Of a stretch of 64,000 bases of DNA, positions 18,192-25,846 are shown one piece after another. Origin of the DNA: an uncultured delta proteobacterium (GTDB lineage: Bacteria > Desulfobacterota > Desulfobacteria > Desulfobacterales > SG8-13); the NCBI GenBank assembly GCA_963787235.1, contig CAWBCG010000009.1, positions 8,426 to 72,425 of the forward strand, written 5' to 3'. A program made the position numbers and the translations under genes. How positions within the stretch are numbered: position 1 is the first letter of the stretch; each line of letters starts with the position of its first letter. The notes under the pieces are model-generated. The model was not told the DNA's origin. It did no database searches and saw only the letters and a program-made list of their open reading frames with translations.

Positions 18192-19442
18192 CTAAGTCGT
18201 TCCGCGCGCGGCCGGCGCCGCCTTTTCATCCGGCGCAGTTTCAGGCGGATTGTGCTCATCACTCTTGGGCGCCGGAGGGGGTATTTCCGCTGGAGGAGCC
18301 TCCAGTTTCTGCTCAGGTGCCGGACCCGCTTTAAGAGAGGCTATCTGCTCTTGGATCGAATCCATTTTCTGCTGGATGAAGTTGGCCAATATAGCATCCG
18401 GCTGCAGAGCGGCAGCCCGTCCGAGATGGGCTTGGGCCGTCTGAAGGCCTTTGATGGTGCCTTTTTCTGCCGCCACATCGGCTTTGTAGAGCAGTATCGT
18501 GCGGGTGATCATTTGCAGACGCTCGGTGATGATGGCGCGATCTTCGGCACTGGTCGCATACGCGCCGGCCTGAGTCAAGATGGACTTGATCTTGCTGAAA
18601 TCCGGGGAACCGGCGGCCTCGATGCTCGCGTCGGCTTTTTGAATGTAGTGCATGAACAACATCGGAAAGACGTCTCGCCGGGTATACACTTCTTTTGTTT
18701 CTTCCGGCGGTTTCACGCCGGGCAGAACGGCCAGTTTTTCGCGACCAAGTGGGGAAAATCGGCCTTTCCAGACTTCAATGGCATTGTCGCGTTCAACCAC
18801 ATAGTACTTTCTCATGTTCTGCAGGCTGGCGACAAAAATCAGAAAAACGATCAGGGCCAGCGCAGCACCGGCGTAAACGAGCATTTTCTTCATGGGATCT
18901 GGTTCCTCCTTCGGCGGCAGTAAGCTGTCGCCGACTTCATGGGTTTTAGGCAGCACCGGAGTCCACGTGGTTTTCGGGGTCGCCGGGGGAATGGTGTCAT
19001 CGGTTGAGGCTTCGGCCGATACGTTTTCCGAGACCTCTGAGCTGGCGGTCTCGGTGCTTTGTTGGGGACTTGGGCCTTTTTCGGTTTTACGGTCCTGGTT
19101 TTCCACTTCAGGGCCTTTCTCGTTTGCGTTCGGCGAATCGCTGCCCGCGGCATTGCCCCTGATCTCTGTTTTTCCAGTTGTTGTTTTCGCGGATTTCTTG
19201 GCACTTGCGGCGGCTGCCCGGGTCGACGCAGTTGACGATTGAGGTTTCGCTTTCTTCTTTCTGGTAGTCTTTACGCCTGCGCCGCCGGCCTTTGTTGATT
19301 TTGCCTTGCTCGATTTGGCAGAACGGGTTGTCTTTTTTGCAGTGGTCGCTGATTTCGATTTCGACTTCCGCTTTGTTTCTTTGACCGTTTCCGGCTGCGG
19401 TTCATCTCCTGGAGCAGGTTTTTCCGGATTGTCCTTAGCCAT
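18192..19442 (-). CDS. Membrane-anchored protein with a histone H1-like Lys/Ala/Thr/Ser-rich N-terminal tail; function unknown
   Basis: About 110 N-terminal residues of KSKSKSATTAKKTTRSAKSSKAKSTKAGGAG...KKKAKPQSS, an acidic/Pro-rich linker, one TM (MLVYAGAALALIVFLIFVASL), then a helical about 190-aa C-domain. Confidence 0.6.
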   Translation of the reverse strand: MAKDNPEKPAPGDEPQPETVKETKRKSKSKSATTAKKTTRSAKSSKAKSTKAGGAGVKTTRKKKAKPQSSTASTRAAAASAKKSAKTTTGKTEIRGNAAGSDSPNANEKGPEVENQDRKTEKGPSPQQSTETASSEVSENVSAEASTDDTIPPATPKTTWTPVLPKTHEVGDSLLPPKEEPDPMKKMLVYAGAALALIVFLIFVASLQNMRKYYVVERDNAIEVWKGRFSPLGREKLAVLPGVKPPEETKEVYTRRDVFPMLFMHYIQKADASIEAAGSPDFSKIKSILTQAGAYATSAEDRAIITERLQMITRTILLYKADVAAEKGTIKGLQTAQAHLGRAAALQPDAILANFIQQKMDSIQEQIASLKAGPAPEQKLEAPPAEIPPPAPKSDEHNPPETAPDEKAAPAARGTT

Positions 19443-19868
19443 AAGTCCCCCTTCACTGCCTGGTTACCAGTATTTTTGTCAACCGATCCCTTATCACGGC
19501 TCCTTTGATTTTGTAAATAATATTTTACCGCAAAACCGTGGTTGACCGTGGACGCTAATTGTGCTCATTTAGCCTCTGGTGACTGTGTTCGGTACGCATC
19601 TATTTGGAACGTCACCATCCGAATTGAATGACAAGGTTCTGGCGGTAACAGCCCGCTCTCCCGTTTATCCCGCGAGAGAACCCCGGTTTGAATGCGCTTT
19701 TTGCATGCCAGCGTTGCGGTCTTTGAGTTTTTGTTATCTTCGATCCCGTTGCAGCGGGACTGAGCCACGCCTCCGGTTGCAAAAACACTGCGGGTTAGGT
19801 AGGAACCGAAATCTACAATTTCTGAACGGACACCGCTAAATACAGAAGGAAAAATTCAGGAGGAAGAA

Positions 19869-20615
19869 ATGACGGCCGTAACGGTTGAATCTCACGGAAA
19901 GGTCGCACTGCTGCGACTGACAAACGGGGTGACCAACGCGATCGGGCCGGCACTGGTGGCAGATTTTTCGACCGCACTGTCGCTTATCGCGGCAGATTTC
20001 AGTGGCTGCGTCCTGGCCGGGGGGACCAAGTTTTTCAGCATCGGGCTGGATCTCCCCGCACTGATCCAACTCAACCGCCGGGAAATGAGCCGCTTCTGGG
20101 ATGCTTTGGACCAGGCGGTTCTCGACCTCTATTGCCTGCCGTTGCCGACGGCCGCGGCCATTACCGGTCATGCCACGGCCGGAGGAACGATTCTGGCTCT
20201 GAGCGCGGATTATCGCCTCATCGCAGCGGGTCGAAAACTGATGGGGTTGAACGAGATCAACATCGGTGTTCCGGTGCCGTTTCTGGCCGCTTTGATGCTC
20301 AGGCAGATCGTAGGCGACCGCACGGCCAGAGACCTTCAATACAAGGGTGATTTGATCCTGCCCGAAATGGCCAGGAGCATTGGCTTGGTGGACGACATCG
20401 GCCCCGAAGAAAAGATCGAAGCACTGGCGCTCGAAGCGATCGGGACCCTGGCGGATAAACCGGAGAGAGCCTATAGCCTGATCAAGCGCAACCGCACCGA
20501 AGCCGTTTGCCGGCAATTTGAAAGCCGGCGGAGCGAAAAGAAAGAGGAAATGCTCGCATGCTGGTTTCAACCGGCCGTGCAAGAACTGCTGAAAAAAGCG
20601 GCCGAAAAGTTTTAA
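19869..20615 (+). CDS. Enoyl-CoA hydratase/isomerase (crotonase) family protein
   Basis: GKVALLRLTNGVTNAIGPAL, FFSIGLDL and ITGHATAGGTILALSADYR are crotonase-fold motifs. GGAGGAAGAA SD upstream of the ATG. Confidence 0.85.
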   Translation: MTAVTVESHGKVALLRLTNGVTNAIGPALVADFSTALSLIAADFSGCVLAGGTKFFSIGLDLPALIQLNRREMSRFWDALDQAVLDLYCLPLPTAAAITGHATAGGTILALSADYRLIAAGRKLMGLNEINIGVPVPFLAALMLRQIVGDRTARDLQYKGDLILPEMARSIGLVDDIGPEEKIEALALEAIGTLADKPERAYSLIKRNRTEAVCRQFESRRSEKKEEMLACWFQPAVQELLKKAAEKF

Positions 20616-20660
20616 TGCAATAAAAAAGTCACAATTACAATACTCTTTGGATGTTTCTTA

Positions 20661-21479
20661 ATGGAAAGCACAAGCTTCTTTGAAGGCCTTAATCCGGTGA
20701 CACAGGCCTTTATCGCGACACTTTTTACATGGTTCTTGACGGCCCTGGGCGCGGGTATTGTCTTTTTTTTCAAGACCATCAACCGCAAGTTGCTCGATGC
20801 GATGCTCGGTTTTGCCGCCGGGGTCATGATCGCAGCCAGTTACTGGTCTCTGCTGGCGCCGGCTATCGAAATGGCCGAAGAGGCAGGCGGGACGCCATGG
20901 GTGCCGGCCGCGATCGGGTTCTTGGCCGGCGGTGTTTTTCTGTGGCTGATCGATAAAATCTTGCCCCATCTTCACGTCGGCTTTCCGATGGAAGAAGCGG
21001 AAGGGATCAGCACCAGCTGGCGGCGCAGCGTTTTACTGGTGCTGGCCATTACCATTCACAACATCCCCGAGGGTCTGGCGGTCGGTGTGGCCTTCGGTGC
21101 TCTGGCCGCCGATATTCCGTCAGCCTCTCTGGCCGGTGCGGTCGCACTGGCCATCGGCATCGGCATACAGAATTTTCCGGAAGGCGCCGCCGTTTCAGTC
21201 CCGCTGAGACGTGAGGGATTCTCGCGGTTCAGGGCTTTCTGGTATGGTCAGCTCTCGGGGGTCGTGGAACCTGTGGCCGGCGTACTGGGGGCGGTCGCCG
21301 TGATCGTCATGCGCCCGCTGCTGCCGTACGCGTTGGCGTTTGCGGCCGGCGCGATGATCTTCGTCGTCGTCGAGGAACTGATCCCCGAGTCACAGCTCCA
21401 GAAAAATACGGATGCAGCCACGATGGGTGCTATGCTTGGATTTGCCGTCATGATGACCCTCGATGTGGCCCTCGGGTGA
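20661..21479 (+). CDS. ZIP family divalent metal (Zn/Fe) transporter, ZupT/GufA-like
   Basis: [13 protein letters not shown] and [15 protein letters not shown] signature helices; 8 predicted TM segments. Confidence 0.9.
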   Translation: MESTSFFEGLNPVTQAFIATLFTWFLTALGAGIVFFFKTINRKLLDAMLGFAAGVMIAASYWSLLAPAIEMAEEAGGTPWVPAAIGFLAGGVFLWLIDKILPHLHVGFPMEEAEGISTSWRRSVLLVLAITIHNIPEGLAVGVAFGALAADIPSASLAGAVALAIGIGIQNFPEGAAVSVPLRREGFSRFRAFWYGQLSGVVEPVAGVLGAVAVIVMRPLLPYALAFAAGAMIFVVVEELIPESQLQKNTDAATMGAMLGFAVMMTLDVALG

Positions 21480-21480
21480 T

Positions 21481-21639
21481 GTAACCGTTCACAGGGTTTC
21501 AAAGTGCGATGCGCTTCAAACCACTTAATTGTAAGCGTTTACAGGGTGCCGCAGATGCAAGGCGTTGGGTGCACAGACGTACTTTCGTACTTCAAGTGCC
21601 CGACAACAAAGCAGATGCGGTGCCCTGCGAACGCTTACA
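21481..21639. repeat. Left arm of a about 150-bp inverted repeat pair (itself internally hairpin-forming)
   Basis: Reverse complement of 22150-22297 at roughly 90% identity by hand alignment. The internal imperfect palindrome is bounded by TTGTAAGCGTT...AACGCTTACAA. Confidence 0.85.
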
Positions 21640-21771
21640 AAAAATTGCCGGGCCATCCGGCCTACCCGAACCCATCCGGCTTGGAAGGCCAAAGGTCGAA
21701 AGCATCCCGACGACTTGACCCTGAACCCTCCGACTTTTGCAACGTTGGAATTTCGTCTGTTTCAAAAATAA

Positions 21772-21811
21772 CCGGCGGTCCGTTTAACATCGGACCGCCG
21801 GGTTTTTTTTT
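21772..21811. terminator. Bidirectional rho-independent terminator
   Basis: CCGGCGGTCCG-TTTAACAT-CGGACCGCCGG, followed by T9 on the plus strand and preceded by an A-rich run (T-run on the minus strand). Confidence 0.75.
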
Positions 21812-21861
21812 GAAACGAGCTGTCGAGCCGCTCGCAAGAGAACTATCCGCCTTGACCGGTT

Positions 21862-22014
21862 TCAGCCGCAGATGCGGCAGTCGTTCAGGCACTTTTCGTA
21901 GTCTTTGTCACGTTTTTCAAGATCCCCAGTTTTTTGCGGGTCACCCCAGTGCTGTAAGATGCAATTGCTGATGCACCCCCGCTCTTCGTGCGTTATGATA
22001 CGACCTTTATCCAT
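21862..22014 (-). CDS. Small Cys-rich protein (50 aa), unknown function; not in the ORF track (below its length cut-off)
   Basis: AAGGAGA SD 7 nt upstream of ATG 22014. Hand translation MDKGRIITHEERGCISNCILQHWGDPQKTGDLEKRDKDYEKCLNDCRICG. The terminator at 21772-21811 follows. Confidence 0.45.
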   Translation of the reverse strand: MDKGRIITHEERGCISNCILQHWGDPQKTGDLEKRDKDYEKCLNDCRICG

Positions 22015-22149
22015 GGTATTTTCTCCTTAAGTTTGAATCTTTTATCACGGTAATCAAGTAGAGTGTAATCACATCCAGCCCGAATTCAACCTCAGCCTGT
22101 GCTCTCGTTTTTATCGGCCTCTGTGGTATAATATTACGTTAACCTGTTG

Positions 22150-22297
22150 GTAAGCGTTCACATGGCACCGCATCTGCTTCGTTGTCGGGCACTTGAAGTA
22201 CAAAAGTACGTCTGCGCGCCCGACGCCTTGCACCTGCGGCACCCTGTAAACGCTTACAATTTGGTTGTTTGAAGCGCATCGGACTTTGAAACCCTGT
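22150..22297. repeat. Right arm of the about 150-bp inverted repeat pair
   Basis: See left arm. Ends about 47 nt upstream of the protease gene start. Confidence 0.85.
22163..22177 (+). promoter_or_regulatory. Sigma-54-type promoter candidate inside the right repeat arm
   Basis: TGGCAC-CGCAT-CTGC. Correct GG-N10-GC spacing, one mismatch to TTGC. Points toward the protease gene at 22344. Confidence 0.35.
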
Positions 22298-22343
22298 GAA
22301 AGGTTACAGCTGTTGCGTTGAGTGCCTGCAAAGTCGGAGGGAT

Positions 22344-23063
22344 ATGCGCATGATAAAGCGAGACGGTTTACTGACAGTGGTTCTCCTGGTCGCCGGGATG
22401 GTTTTTTTTCTGCACCCGATGCTGTGCCTTGCAGAGTTTTATCGGTATGTCACCAGGGAGGGTGTGGTCCACTATGTCGGCGATCGTTCCCTTGTGCCCG
22501 AGGAATATCAGCTGGAAGTGAAAGTCTATGTTGAAAAATACGACCACCTGGACGAGAATGAAAGGGTGCTCATGCTTCAGAAGGACCGCGAGATGGATGT
22601 CAGACGCCGGCAGGAGGAGCAGCGGCTCAAAGAGCAGCTTGAACAAGAAGCCCGGTTGAAGCGTCTGGAAACCGACGTCACAATTGTGGCCAATCAGGTG
22701 CTGGTGCCGGTCACCATCGGTTATGGTCTCAAGGAGACCAAGGCTCTGTTCCTGCTCGACACCGGAGCCTCTCACCTGGTGCTTTTCAGTGAACTGGCCG
22801 GGGTCCTAAAGGTCGCGTCAACCCAGAAGGGACTCTCTATGGTGGCCGGCGGCAACCTGATCGAAACCGAGTTGATCGTGCTCGATTACCTCAAACTCGG
22901 GCCGCTCGATTTGAAAAACGTCGAGGCAACGGTGATTAAACACGAAGCGCAAACGGATGAGACAGTTCGTTTCAGCGGCCTGCTGGGGATGAATATTTTG
23001 CGCAATTCACGCTACACCATCGATTTCGAAAACAAAAAGATCCGCTGGCAGCCTGCGGAATAA
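22344..23063 (+). CDS. Retropepsin-like (clan AA) aspartyl protease with N-terminal anchor, DUF4124-like segment and coiled coil
   Basis: LLDTGASHLVL catalytic D-T-G motif. N-terminal TM LLTVVLLVAGMVFFL. FYRYVTREGVVHYVGD resembles DUF4124. The start is ATG 22344 or 22350; tracked GTG 22296 lies inside the repeat arm. Confidence 0.7.
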   Translation: MRMIKRDGLLTVVLLVAGMVFFLHPMLCLAEFYRYVTREGVVHYVGDRSLVPEEYQLEVKVYVEKYDHLDENERVLMLQKDREMDVRRRQEEQRLKEQLEQEARLKRLETDVTIVANQVLVPVTIGYGLKETKALFLLDTGASHLVLFSELAGVLKVASTQKGLSMVAGGNLIETELIVLDYLKLGPLDLKNVEATVIKHEAQTDETVRFSGLLGMNILRNSRYTIDFENKKIRWQPAE

Positions 23064-23208
23064 CCCCGATGAAAGAACACCACGGAATTTCTCAAGCGGA
23101 TCCAACGGAAATTGCTTTTCCGAGGGGTTACAAACCGGATTGGGTCATTATATTGTGTGAAAAATTTCTCCGGAAACCACGAGATCTGAATTCCGACAAG
23201 GAGGCGTA

Positions 23209-23712
23209 ATGTTTGATGCATCTAATAATTTGAGGAAGGTTATATGGCTGCTGATCTTTTCGGTTCTTACGGCTTCAACGGCCGTTGTGGCAGCCGGGCC
23301 GCCAAAAGAGATGGGGGGCTGGGAGCTCGGCAGCCCGTACAACAAGCTCTATAATGCCGTTGAGTTGGATTCGTTTAGGGGAGAAGTGGTAAAAGTCATG
23401 GAAGTTGTGCCAATGGCCGGTATGTTGCCCGCTGTCGTATTGCAGGTCAAAGAGTCCGAGGGTGAGACCGTCGATGTGCACGTTTGCCCGAGCTGGTACA
23501 TCGAGCCCGGCAGTGTCGGACTGAAACGGGGTGACAAGGTGAAAATTCGAGGCGTTTGGGCCGAGATCGACGGTCGCGATGTCTTTATGGCGTCCAAGAT
23601 TAAAAAGGGGGATTATTTTGTTCTCAAGGTACGGCTGACCAAAGACGGCACCCCTTTCTGGACCATGTCTCCAGAGCAGTTGGCTAAAGAAAAGCAGGAT
23701 AATAACGATTAG
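23209..23712 (+). CDS. Secreted protein of unknown function
   Basis: AAGGAGG SD. Signal-like N-terminus VIWLLIFSVLTASTAVVAAG. Beta-rich body (VVLQVKESEGETVDVHVCPSWYIEPG...GDKVKIRG). Confidence 0.6.
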   Translation: MFDASNNLRKVIWLLIFSVLTASTAVVAAGPPKEMGGWELGSPYNKLYNAVELDSFRGEVVKVMEVVPMAGMLPAVVLQVKESEGETVDVHVCPSWYIEPGSVGLKRGDKVKIRGVWAEIDGRDVFMASKIKKGDYFVLKVRLTKDGTPFWTMSPEQLAKEKQDNND

Positions 23713-23755
23713 TGGGAACGGATTCCCGATTTCTCTTTGTCACAGTAAAAATTCC

Positions 23756-23784
23756 TTGACAAAAACGGCTTGAAACACTAGTTT
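23756..23784 (+). promoter_or_regulatory. Sigma-70-type promoter candidate for the DUF134 gene
   Basis: TTGACA, a 17-nt spacer, then TAGTTT, about 30 nt upstream of ATG 23813. Confidence 0.3.
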
Positions 23785-23812
23785 GTGAGCATTATCTCAT
23801 AAAGGAATCGTC

Positions 23813-24253
23813 ATGGTCAGGCCGCAGAAAGATCGTTTTGTCGCATTCAAACCCAACACCAGCTATTTCAAACCGCGCGGTATTCCCATGCTGGATCTCG
23901 ACGAAGTGCGGTTGACGGTGGATGAACGCGAAGCGATTCGACTCTCCGACCTGCAGGGCTTGTCTCACGAAGAAGCCGGACGGTGCATGGGGGTTTCGCG
24001 CGCCACTTTCGGTCGCATTATACAGCGGGCCCGCAAGGCAGTTGCCGACGCCATCATCAACGGCAAAGCCATCAACATCGAGGGGGGGAGTTTTAAAATG
24101 GTCGATGCGGCACGCTTTTTTCGGTGTCACCACTGCCGTCACCACTGGGAAGAGCCGCGCGGAACCGGGAGGCCTCAGGGTTGCCCACAATGTGGAGGCG
24201 CAGAGTTTCACCGTGTCATGAACACCGGCAATAAACCGGCCCCGCCGCCTTGA
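23813..24253 (+). CDS. DUF134 (UPF0251) putative DNA-binding protein with C-terminal Cys4 zinc ribbon
   Basis: FKPRGIPM...LTVDEREAIRLSDLQGLSHEEAGRCMGVSRATFGRIIQRARKAVADA is the DUF134 sigma-70-region-4-like core. C-terminal CHHC...CPQC. Confidence 0.8.
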   Translation: MVRPQKDRFVAFKPNTSYFKPRGIPMLDLDEVRLTVDEREAIRLSDLQGLSHEEAGRCMGVSRATFGRIIQRARKAVADAIINGKAINIEGGSFKMVDAARFFRCHHCRHHWEEPRGTGRPQGCPQCGGAEFHRVMNTGNKPAPPP

Positions 24254-24465
24254 GATAATCCATTATACTTCGGTTCTGCGGCGCCTCATGTGCATTGTGA
24301 GGAAGCGACCGAAATTATTGTAGAGCGTATGTCATTTTATTCAGCTGATCCCGGTATAGCCTGAGGTCAGCTGAATTAAATTAAAGGAGGCAACAGATTC
24401 ATGGTAGAGATAATGGACAAGGTTCCGGATCCTTCCGCTAAAAAGGATCCACATAGCTGAGCAGG

Positions 24466-25254
24466 ATGCGAAAATCAACAGCGCACTCGGTGAAAATCAG
24501 GCACAAGTTTCTGGTCATGAGCGGCAAAGGCGGCGTCGGAAAAACCAGTACCGCCGTCAATCTTTCCATCGCTTTGGCGAACAAGGGCTTCAAGGTCGGG
24601 ATCATGGATGTCGACCTTCACGGACCCGATGTCCCGCGTATGCTCGGCCTGAATGCCATGCTGGAGGTGGGGCCGAACGGCAAATTGACACCAGCCAGCT
24701 ATTCAAACAATCTAAAGGCCGTGTCGGTCGAATCCCTCATGCCGACCAAAGACGAAGCCGTCATCTGGCGCGGTCCCATCAAGTATTCGGCCATTCAGCA
24801 GTTTATCGGAGATGTCGAGTGGGGAGAGCTCGATTTTCTGGTGATCGATTCTCCACCCGGAACCGGCGACGAGCCGTTGACCATCGCTCAGATCGTAAAG
24901 GATGCCAAGGCCATTATCGTGACAACACCACAGGAAGTGGCGCTGGCGGACGTGCGCAAGTCGATCAGTTTTTGTAAGAGGGTAAAGATGGACGTTTTCG
25001 GTCTGATCGAAAACATGAGCGGGTTGAGTTGTCCGCATTGCGGTGAAATCATCGACCTGTTTGGTTCCGGCGGCGGCGAAAAAACGGCCCGGCAGTTCGA
25101 TTTGAATTTCCTGGGAAGAATTCCCATCGACCCGAACGTTGTCCAATGTGGAGATTCCGGACAATGTTACCGCGATGCCAACGCCGATTCGATTGTCACC
25201 CGGGCCTTTGATGACATTGCCGGCAAGATGGCCGAACTATCCCGGAAGAATTGA
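24466..25254 (+). CDS. Mrp/NBP35/ApbC family Fe-S cluster carrier ATPase
   Basis: Deviant Walker A SGKGGVGKTS, DSPPGTGDE, CPHCG motif. The N-terminus is uncertain (see finding). Confidence 0.85.
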   Translation: MRKSTAHSVKIRHKFLVMSGKGGVGKTSTAVNLSIALANKGFKVGIMDVDLHGPDVPRMLGLNAMLEVGPNGKLTPASYSNNLKAVSVESLMPTKDEAVIWRGPIKYSAIQQFIGDVEWGELDFLVIDSPPGTGDEPLTIAQIVKDAKAIIVTTPQEVALADVRKSISFCKRVKMDVFGLIENMSGLSCPHCGEIIDLFGSGGGEKTARQFDLNFLGRIPIDPNVVQCGDSGQCYRDANADSIVTRAFDDIAGKMAELSRKN

Positions 25255-25338
25255 TACCCGTAAACTTACTTCAGGGATAAATGTCATACTGTGTGGTGCG
25301 GCGCCAATGGCAAGCCGCCTGATGCCTTTTACGGCTTT

Positions 25339-25506
25339 TCATCCGAAATCGGCCCCCGGATGAAAAGCCTTACTTGCCGACCGTTTTTCAGTTTCAGCTT
25401 CGGTGTGCCAACCGTCTTGCTGCTTCCGCATAAACCAGATGGAGCAAGATGATTGGTACTTACAGTAAATATTCGGGTCCCGGCACTCGAGACATTCATC
25501 TGTTGA
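25339..25506 (-). pseudogene. Zn-ribbon C-terminal domain segment, paralogous to 31763..31987, lying in frame directly behind the TAA of the 87-aa gene (remnant or read-through extension)
   Basis: Hand translation STDECLECRDPNIYCKYQSSCSIWFMRKQQDGWHTEAETEKRSASKAFHPGADFG. No start codon of its own. About 72% aa identity to the paralog over 40 residues. Confidence 0.4.
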
Positions 25507-25770
25507 TTAATCCGTGTCGGAATAAAGCTCTCCTTCCGGGATTTCTTCTCCCGGCCGCCAGGTCTTAAATTCAGCTGTGGTAAGATAATTTCCCTTTTTG
25601 GCTTTGCCTTCGACCCATACGATCCGCGTATTGCATTCTTCGACGGTGCGTCCCAGTTTCCGCATCCGTTTTTGCAAGGCCGTTTCCGCCGTCTCCCTGC
25701 TTCGGTGTACCGAAATAATTTTTTTCCGAGGTTGTAGAAGATTATGTTCGTCATAAATGAGGGCGTACAT
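25507..25770 (-). CDS. Hypothetical 87-aa protein
   Basis: Strong SD (AAAGGAGGAG) upstream of ATG 25770. No recognisable domain. Confidence 0.6.
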   Translation of the reverse strand: MYALIYDEHNLLQPRKKIISVHRSRETAETALQKRMRKLGRTVEECNTRIVWVEGKAKKGNYLTTAEFKTWRPGEEIPEGELYSDTD

Positions 25771-25846
25771 GGTCTCCTCCTTTCTTTATAAATGAAAATC
25801 AGGGGACGGTTTCATCTGCGGCCTCTGCCGGCGAACAGAGAGTGCC

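Noticed and set aside
21504-21971. Tracked ORFs inside the inverted-repeat-bounded segment: 21504..21971, 21509..21718, 21565..21771, 21662..21892.
   Set aside because: They run through the repeat arms and the terminator, have no RBS, and overlap each other in different frames. Only the 50-codon minus-strand ORF has translation signals.
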